Virus record (IMG/VR): IMGVR_UViG_3300009169_000002
From: an uncultured virus (IMG/VR IMGVR_UViG_3300009169_000002)
Taxonomy: Duplodnaviria; Heunggongvirae; Uroviricota; Caudoviricetes
Reading direction: 5' to 3' (one strand)
Length of the DNA stretch: 64,000 nt
Shown: positions 58,119 through 64,000 of the stretch, in pieces
Numbering within the stretch: position 1 is the stretch's first letter
Layout: every line of letters begins with the position of its first letter
Translations under genes and position numbers: made by a program
Notes under the pieces: generated by a model
Databases searched by the model: none
Seen by the model: only the letters and a program-made list of their open reading frames with translations
What the model was told of the DNA's origin: nothing

Positions 58119-58186
58119 GTCGAACTCCTTACCTAGTGCAAGCATAGTAAATCAGGATGCACGGTAGGTCAAGGGGTTTTCGAAAA

Positions 58187-58408
58187 TTATTCCGGCACCA
58201 CGTCGACCCACACGTTTTGAAACGTGCTGTGGATGCGCTTGGTGAAAGCTGAAACGCGGCTGCTGTCCGGGAATGCAACGAACACACCCTTGTCACTGCA
58301 ACCGTCCAACGTACCACCAAACTCCTTGACAATTGCTTCGAACTTGGTGCTCTCAGCTTTTGTGGGGAGGTTAGCGTGTTGGGTGTTGACGTGCGTGAGG
58401 GTTGTCAT
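58187..58408 (-). CDS. hypothetical protein
   Basis: RBS TAAGGAG; promoter TTGCCC-N17-TACCAT at 58460-58432. Confidence 0.65.
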   Translation of the reverse strand: MTTLTHVNTQHANLPTKAESTKFEAIVKEFGGTLDGCSDKGVFVAFPDSSRVSAFTKRIHSTFQNVWVDVVPE

Positions 58409-58459
58409 GTGCATCTCCTTACTGTGCAAGCATGGTAACGCAACCCAACCGGACGGGCA

Positions 58460-58820
58460 AGCTTTTTATTAAAGTTTTTATTTTATTTTGTGCTTGACGT
58501 AGCAGCACAATTCAGCTAATGCAGTTTTTTATTTTTTGGTGGTGCTAAAAATAGCCATTAGCACTGTTTTGCGATTACCCCCGGCTATATGCCGCGCACG
58601 CTTTTAGAAAAAGATTTATGGCGCGGCATATACAAACAGGGTGTCCCTACTATTTTATTTAATTACTATTATTGTGTATAAGTGCTTGCTTTCATTGGGA
58701 GTTCTGTGTTATCCGCTGGATTTAACGCTGCTAATTGTAGGTCAAGCGGTCCACGGCACGCGCTAGCATGTGGTTATCCATACGTCAAGCGCTTTGCAAT
58801 TAAAAATAATTCGTCCAAAC
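58460..58820. other. AT-rich divergence region with 12-bp inverted repeat
   Basis: TATATGCCGCGC 58586-58597 / GCGCGGCATATA 58621-58632. Confidence 0.6.
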
Positions 58821-58962
58821 CCCTTGCATCCGGATTAGGGGTGCGCTATAGTTTGTTCACGGTGGAGCTAGGGAACAGGGGAAGCAACAGGGTGTAAGTC
58901 CTAAACGGCAACCCTCCCCAACCTAGCAAAGCCGCTGGACTAACACGTAACCGGAGCAGCAC

Positions 58963-59196
58963 ATGAACAACGTCAAAGCACCCGCCCACCTCGACACACT
59001 GGTCGTTTTTGAAACGCGGGAAGAGGACTACGAAGGGAACCTGCACTGCGCACACGGTAGCGATGGAAAGTTCTACTTGTTTTACGAAGGGGGCACTTTT
59101 AACGACGGCAGCGACTACTTCCAGTTCAACACACTGCCCGAAGCGTTTAAGCGCGCAGCCGAGTTGACCGCCGAGCTTTTGGGTATTGACGACTGA
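58963..59196 (+). CDS. early hypothetical protein
   Basis: RBS GGAG; flanked by promoter and terminator. Confidence 0.7.
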   Translation: MNNVKAPAHLDTLVVFETREEDYEGNLHCAHGSDGKFYLFYEGGTFNDGSDYFQFNTLPEAFKRAAELTAELLGIDD

Positions 59197-59217
59197 ACCC
59201 TTGCAACATCCGGACCA

Positions 59218-59243
59218 AAGGCGCCTGAGGGCGCCTTTTTTTT
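59218..59243 (+). terminator. intrinsic terminator
   Basis: AAGGCGCC-TGAG-GGCGCC-T8. Confidence 0.85.
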
Positions 59244-59247
59244 GCTT

Positions 59248-59395
59248 TGCTGCACTGCGCTGTGAATAAGTCTGTTCATAACTCGCAAGGCGCGTCGATC
59301 GGGACAGTACCGGGGCGGACGTACAGGGTCACCCCTCAAAACGCACAGCGAGCTTTATAATGCGTTCTAGCGAGAATGCAAGATGTGGACCAACT
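59248..59395. repeat. ~150-bp element with tandem DnaA-box-like sites, copy 1
   Basis: Colinear with 62610-62756. Confidence 0.75.
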
Positions 59396-59509
59396 TTGGG
59401 TCCAAAAATATCGAAAATAAATGCGAAAAGGGGTTGACGCACCCCTAGTCTTGATGCACAATTGCGTCATGGTTCAGCAACGTGCTGCACCACCAAACGG
59501 AGACCGAAC

Positions 59510-59782
59510 ATGCGAACCTTCAACTACACCGGAACACTGGTCACGCGCTGCCGCACCACTGGTCACACCGATGCATTTAGCTTCAGCGGGTTCACCTCTT
59601 GGGACGGTGTGGTGCGGGAGCTCAAGTCGCGCGTGCGCAACCCGAACTGCGAGCTGCGCAGCATGGTCGGTGTGGTCATTGAGGACTGCAAGCACGTCGA
59701 CACGTTTGCCTACAATGCGGACGAGCTGCTGGAGCTCACCGGCACGGGGTCGCTCGACGTTGCGCAGTTCCGCAAGCGCTAA
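59510..59782 (+). CDS. early hypothetical protein
   Basis: RBS GGAG. Confidence 0.7.
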   Translation: MRTFNYTGTLVTRCRTTGHTDAFSFSGFTSWDGVVRELKSRVRNPNCELRSMVGVVIEDCKHVDTFAYNADELLELTGTGSLDVAQFRKR

Positions 59783-59878
59783 AAATAAATGCGTCCGGGG
59801 GCTTGACCTGCGGACGCATCCGGATTACACTGTATTCACGGTGGAGCAACGGGTTCCACCCAACCGGAGCAAAGCAAC

Positions 59879-60106
59879 ATGACCACCCAGACCCACGAAC
59901 CGCACGGCACGACGTTTATGCGCAAGCTCAAGGGCCGCAAGCTCCAGTTTGCAATCGGCGGACCAACGCTTGCCGAAATTCAGCGCATGTGCATCGCGGG
60001 TCACGAGGACGTGTTTGTGTGGCAGGGTGACAACAGGCAGGAGGTAGTTTTCCGCAAGCTCGCGGACGGGTCCATCGAAACGCTCAGCGACCGCTTTATC
60101 CCCTAG
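59879..60106 (+). CDS. early hypothetical protein
   Basis: RBS GGAG. Confidence 0.7.
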   Translation: MTTQTHEPHGTTFMRKLKGRKLQFAIGGPTLAEIQRMCIAGHEDVFVWQGDNRQEVVFRKLADGSIETLSDRFIP

Positions 60107-60147
60107 GAGGTGCAAGATCCAGACCAACCAAGCTCAATCCCGAGCGC

Positions 60148-60178
60148 AAAAGGGTCACTTCGGTGACCCTTTTTTTTT
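60148..60178 (+). terminator. intrinsic terminator
   Basis: AAGGGTCAC-TTCG-GTGACCC-T9. Confidence 0.9.
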
Positions 60179-60357
60179 GCCTAAAATACTTGCCTCTACC
60201 TGAACTTTCGTGGTACAATGGTCCAAATGCGTTTCGGACGCGCAAGGCCCCGGATGCTGTGGGGCAGCAAAAATAAATGCGTCAAACCCCTTGACGTGTG
60301 GATGCATCCGGATTATCCTGTCTGCACTAGGTAAGCAGTTCAACAGGAAGTAACCAA

Positions 60358-60513
60358 ATGTCCACCCGCGCCATGACCCTCCGCAACGTCACCGCCCTGC
60401 GCAACAGCCTTGGCAGCAAGCTGTTCGACCGCACGTACCGCTTCCTGCGCGAGGAAGCAATGCGCTCCTCGGACGGTACGGTCCGCACGTTTGCCATTTT
60501 CGAGGTGCGCTAA
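60358..60513 (+). CDS. early hypothetical protein
   Basis: RBS CAGGA; 51 aa. Confidence 0.6.
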   Translation: MSTRAMTLRNVTALRNSLGSKLFDRTYRFLREEAMRSSDGTVRTFAIFEVR

Positions 60514-60514
60514 A

Positions 60515-60706
60515 ATGTACGCACGCGACCTGAAGGCCGGTCAGCGCTTCCAGTTTGTCAACGCTTTTGGCAACGTCCCCGTGAGTGCCCCCGTGTACAC
60601 GGTAACCCGTGACGCGCAGCGCGCAAGCGAGCCCGGGTACTGGATCGTCCACACCAACCTCGAGCGGTGGGCGGGTCGCGGTCGTTCCCCTGTGGTGCTG
60701 CTGTGA
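60515..60706 (+). CDS. early hypothetical protein
   Basis: RBS GAGGT. Confidence 0.6.
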   Translation: MYARDLKAGQRFQFVNAFGNVPVSAPVYTVTRDAQRASEPGYWIVHTNLERWAGRGRSPVVLL

Positions 60707-60909
60707 CCGCAAAGCGCGTCACGCTCAAGTCCAAGGGGTTCGACCGGGCATACCACGTCCTGCTGGACGGTGTCAAGGTCGGCGAGGTAACCCGGCAAAT
60801 TGCTAGCACCACGTACACCGGCAAGGTGAACGACGGTAAGCGGGACTGGCAGGTCTGGGGGTTGAACCAAAAGGAAGTCATTGCTGTGGTGGAAATGTAC
60901 CTCACGTGA
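60703..60909 (+). CDS. early hypothetical protein
   Basis: GTGA overlap. Confidence 0.55.
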   Translation: MTAKRVTLKSKGFDRAYHVLLDGVKVGEVTRQIASTTYTGKVNDGKRDWQVWGLNQKEVIAVVEMYLT

Positions 60910-60989
60910 CCTTCCCAAATGGAATCACGAAACCCTTGACAACCGGATGCATCCGGACCATACTTGCGTCACCTACTAAGGAGACCGAC

Positions 60990-61247
60990 ATGCCCCAAGT
61001 CAAAATGACCGAACTCCCACGCACCGAGCTTGCACAGTTCGACTGGATAGTTGGTCCGGTTTATGCAGCGCACGTTGCGGACCTGTACGACATAGCGCTT
61101 GTGTATCAGGGTCCGGGAGCGTATGCAGTGGTCCGCCCCTCGCACCAGGCCTACGTCGCATGCTGCCCCAACGAGCGCAAAGCGCAGCAACTCATCGAGT
61201 CGCTTGCTGACGCGCTGTCCGACGACGAGCGCACCCGACCCGTCTAA
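60990..61247 (+). CDS. early hypothetical protein
   Basis: RBS TAAGGAG. Confidence 0.7.
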   Translation: MPQVKMTELPRTELAQFDWIVGPVYAAHVADLYDIALVYQGPGAYAVVRPSHQAYVACCPNERKAQQLIESLADALSDDERTRPV

Positions 61248-61270
61248 CCCCTGCAACATCTGGACCAACT

Positions 61271-61294
61271 AAGGGCGCGGAGGCGCCCTTTTTT
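61271..61294 (+). terminator. intrinsic terminator
   Basis: AAGGGCGC-GGAG-GCGCCC-T6. Confidence 0.85.
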
Positions 61295-61454
61295 GCGTCC
61301 AAAAGACTTGCCCTCCCCGCGCGGTTCATGGTACAATGGTCCAAACGGGTTGCGCCCGGGTCGTGCTGCACGGCAGCGAAAATAAAGTGGACGCACCCCT
61401 TGCCTCCTGCATCCGGATGACCCATACTACCAACAGTTCAACAGGAGACCCGAC

Positions 61455-61733
61455 ATGCCCCAAGCCCACACCGCTCGCATCGTTACCTTCCACCGCTCGC
61501 AGGGTTGGACCACAATAACGCTTGACCTCACGAAAAAGTCCGTGGCGGTTTGGGCGCGGTCGGTCGGGTACACGGTCACCGGCGTCAAGGAGCAAAGCTC
61601 CAACCCGCGCATGCAGTTCCGCGCCGAAATGGTGGGTGAACCCATTATTGCGGAACTGGTCGGTCCCATGTACGACGGGGACGGGGTTGTGCGGTACGAA
61701 AGCACCGAAGCCTATGACGCGCTGTCAAGGTAA
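61455..61733 (+). CDS. early hypothetical protein
   Basis: RBS CAGGAG. Confidence 0.7.
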   Translation: MPQAHTARIVTFHRSQGWTTITLDLTKKSVAVWARSVGYTVTGVKEQSSNPRMQFRAEMVGEPIIAELVGPMYDGDGVVRYESTEAYDALSR

Positions 61734-61806
61734 ATAAATCAGCGCGGGGGCTTGACCTCCCCCGTGCGTTGACCTAAGCTGCTCACAGTTCAACAGGAGC
61801 CCCGCA

Positions 61807-61956
61807 ATGACCTTCGACCTGCACATTGACGCAAGCATCCGCGACCTGCTGCTGCAAGCGCTCGCGCCCCTTGCCACGCCCGGTTCCGAAGCGGAAGCTG
61901 TAGCTGACATGCTGCGCGACCTCGAACCCACTGGTCTCAACGACCTCACCGCCTAA
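61807..61956 (+). CDS. early acidic peptide
   Basis: RBS CAGGAG; 49 aa. Confidence 0.65.
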   Translation: MTFDLHIDASIRDLLLQALAPLATPGSEAEAVADMLRDLEPTGLNDLTA

Positions 61957-61965
61957 GGAGTTGAC

Positions 61966-62268
61966 ATGCCCCTCCGCATCTGCTATCACCCGCTGCTCGC
62001 GCAACAGCAAGTCAACACGCGCATGCTCCCCTTCGCCATGTTCGGTATCACGGGAGGGTACGGTCGCACACGCGCTGCACTGGTCGACGCTGTGCGCAAC
62101 GGGAACCATGTGGTCGCCCGGGGCTTGTTCGACAAGCTTGTGCTCGAGGGTGTACGGGACGACGTTAAGGAAAACGGAATCACCGAGCGGGAAGCGTACG
62201 ACGGTCTAGCCCTTGCATGCAAGAACGAGACCATGTTCGCCGGGTTTGTGGTGGAGGGTGCGCTGTGA
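61966..62268 (+). CDS. early hypothetical protein
   Basis: RBS TAAGGAG. Confidence 0.7.
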   Translation: MPLRICYHPLLAQQQVNTRMLPFAMFGITGGYGRTRAALVDAVRNGNHVVARGLFDKLVLEGVRDDVKENGITEREAYDGLALACKNETMFAGFVVEGAL

Positions 62269-62486
62269 CCATCCTCATGACCATTAAGGTCCACGAAGGG
62301 GGAAACCCGAACAACCCCGTTGTCAAGCTCCACGTCGAAAGCGACGGGACCGGCCACAGCTTCACCGTCCGAGCCGGCGGGAAGGCCCTGCTAGCGGATG
62401 GAAGCAAGAATCGTTCGCATCCGGTGCTGAGCGCAGCGACTCAGGATGCACTGCGGGAGGCGACCGCTGTGGTCACCGACCTGTAG
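62265..62486 (+). CDS. early hypothetical protein
   Basis: GTGA overlap; RBS GGAGG. Confidence 0.6.
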   Translation: MTILMTIKVHEGGNPNNPVVKLHVESDGTGHSFTVRAGGKALLADGSKNRSHPVLSAATQDALREATAVVTDL

Positions 62487-62506
62487 AGGGTTGCAAGAAT
62501 TGGACC

Positions 62507-62532
62507 AAAGGGAGCCTCCGGGCTCCCTTTTT
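62507..62532 (+). terminator. intrinsic terminator
   Basis: AAAGGGAGCC-TCCG-GGCTCCC-T5. Confidence 0.85.
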
Positions 62533-62609
62533 ATTTTTCACGCAGGGGCTTGACGTGCATCCGCTAGATGTGGTACAATGGTCCAAACGTCTGCGCGACG
62601 CGCCCGAAT

Positions 62610-62756
62610 TGCTGCGCTGCACTGTGGATAAATCTGTTCATAACTCTCACCATGCGTCGATCGGTCATGCCCCCTTGCGTCGGTACAGGGTCGGTCGAAA
62701 ATCGCTTAAATCGCGTTAGGCGCGGTTCTACGTGGAATGCAAGTCTTGGACCAACT
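62610..62756. repeat. ~150-bp element with tandem DnaA-box-like sites, copy 2
   Basis: TGTGGATAA 62623 and TGTTCATAA 62635. Confidence 0.75.
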
Positions 62757-62838
62757 ATTTGCCGAAAATAGTTCGAAAAAGGGTTGACGTCTGGATGTAG
62801 TTGACGCATACTTGCTTCAGGTTCAACGGGAGAGCGAC

Positions 62839-63201
62839 ATGACATTAGAAGTAGGCGTTCGAGGATGGCTCCGGGCAACGAGCAAGCGCACCGAAGACGG
62901 TGACGTGGTTGTGGTGGAGGACTTCAACGTCATCGCTCGGGACGCTACTGGTCGCCAGTGGGTCCATGAGGTCACCTTCGCGGGTCGCGTTGGTGAGACC
63001 GAGGAAGGTTTCGGTTACGGTGTGGACGGGGACGAAGCTGCTGCACAGCGCTTGGCGGACCGCGTCAACGCGCACCTCGCTCACGAGGGTACACTGGACG
63101 CGCGTCGCTGGACCGAAATCGAGGCGGCTTACGGTTCCGAGGCTTATGTCAACGGCGGGGGCGAGGAAGCGCTTATCGCTTGGGAGCGCTCGGTCCGCTG
63201 A
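62839..63201 (+). CDS. early acidic hypothetical protein
   Basis: RBS GGGAG. Confidence 0.7.
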   Translation: MTLEVGVRGWLRATSKRTEDGDVVVVEDFNVIARDATGRQWVHEVTFAGRVGETEEGFGYGVDGDEAAAQRLADRVNAHLAHEGTLDARRWTEIEAAYGSEAYVNGGGEEALIAWERSVR

Positions 63202-63276
63202 AAATAAAGATGCACGGGGGCTTGACTCCCCGTGCATCCTGACCCACACTACCTCCATCGACTACTGGAGCACGAC

Positions 63277-63567
63277 ATGAAACCCGAACTCATTGGACCG
63301 CCCGACCTCCGCAGCATGACGCAGCGGCAGCGCTTGAACCACCTCAAGGCGCAGGGCATCGAGCTGGACCTCGCTACCTCCCACGGGGGCGGGAACCGGG
63401 ACCACGGGACATGGAGCGTCGAGTTCCGCGGACCGGGACTGCCCAACCGCTACACCCAAATTCAGGTCCGCTGCCGCACGTACAGCGGCAAGTTCGACGG
63501 GAAGCGCGCGTGCGAGCGGGAAGCCAAGGAGCTCGCGGTCGCTCGGATGCTCGGGTTGGACGACTGA
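63277..63567 (+). CDS. early hypothetical protein
   Basis: RBS GGAG. Confidence 0.7.
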   Translation: MKPELIGPPDLRSMTQRQRLNHLKAQGIELDLATSHGGGNRDHGTWSVEFRGPGLPNRYTQIQVRCRTYSGKFDGKRACEREAKELAVARMLGLDD

Positions 63568-63640
63568 AAATAGTTCGCCCGGGGGCTTGAACTCCCGGGC
63601 GTGTCGACGTACAATGGGTCCACGTTAACAGGAGACTGAC

Positions 63641-64000
63641 ATGGCCGAACTCGAAGGTGTGCAGAGGGAGAAGGTGCTGGACCGCGTCCGCAAGATGCTG
63701 GCTCTGGCGAACGACGACGGTGCAGCCGAGGGTGAGCGGGACAACGCGCTCCGCATGGCGCACAACACGCTCGCCAAGTACGAAATGACGCTCATCGAGC
63801 TCGACGCATTTGCGCGCGAGAAAGCGGACCCGCGCGGACGCTTCGACACCGAGGGTTGGAACCTGCTGTGGTGCAGGTACATCCGGCAGACGGTCGCCCG
63901 GCTGTTCGGTTGCGAGTACCTGCAAGGGGGCAAGATTAACGCCACGCGCGGTCGGCACATTTACATCGGTCGCACAAGCAACACCGCGACCGCTGCGTAC
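63641..64000 (+). CDS. DUF2786-domain protein (partial, runs off window)
   Basis: EKVLDRVRKMLALA..AAEGERDNALRMAHNTLAKY; RBS CAGGAG. Confidence 0.85.
   Translation, partial: MAELEGVQREKVLDRVRKMLALANDDGAAEGERDNALRMAHNTLAKYEMTLIELDAFAREKADPRGRFDTEGWNLLWCRYIRQTVARLFGCEYLQGGKINATRGRHIYIGRTSNTATAAY

Larger units (their letters stand above)
58824..63615 (+). promoter_or_regulatory. 13 sigma70-like early promoters
   Basis: -35 boxes at 58824, 59434, 59803, 60190, 60291, 60936, 61308, 61400, 61752, 62550, 62784, 63222, 63587, each 17-18 nt from a -10 box. Confidence 0.85.

Noticed and set aside
58885..58915. Pistol ribozyme (UAAGUCCUAA)
   Set aside because: No UAAAUA linker or correct P1/P3 arrangement
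61346..61385. RNA anti-CRISPR mimicking a type I-F repeat
   Set aside because: Only GGCAGC plus an A-tract match; stem and loop differ; the A-tract fits an UP element

Overview
The window holds a nearly complete, circularly permuted ~64-kb long-tailed (siphovirus-type) dsDNA phage genome. A DUF2786-type gene runs off the right end and appears to finish at the left end. Embedded spanins, csrA and sigma70-type promoters point to a Gram-negative host. No integrase or CI-like repressor was recognised. Layout: (1) 224-11110 (+) accessory genes, including a structured RNA upstream of csrA, a DUF3850/ASCH gene with an in-frame TGA, a displaced cassette of probable virion proteins, VRR-NUC, GNAT and an SF1 helicase; (2) 11161-12761 lysis; (3) 12838-35913 packaging, head and tail, with a -1 frameshift chaperone; (4) 35852-58408 (-) family-B DNA polymerase, clamp, 7-deazaguanine DNA-modification cluster (dpdA-like, PRTase-folE fusion, queD, Zn-less queC, queE), SF2 helicase, Cas4-like nuclease, SSB, Sak4, ligase, RNase H, MazG, primase-helicase and an iteron-like array; (5) 58963-64000 (+) small early genes in repeated promoter/terminator cassettes. 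The most notable observations are six antisense sigma54-like motifs paired with promoter hairpins that read as antisense terminators, the PRTase-FolE fusion, a ~260-nt structured RNA before csrA, a possible UxxC selenocysteine, and an identical N-terminal nonapeptide on the helicase and SSB. All family calls come from motifs recognised by eye; no searches were run.
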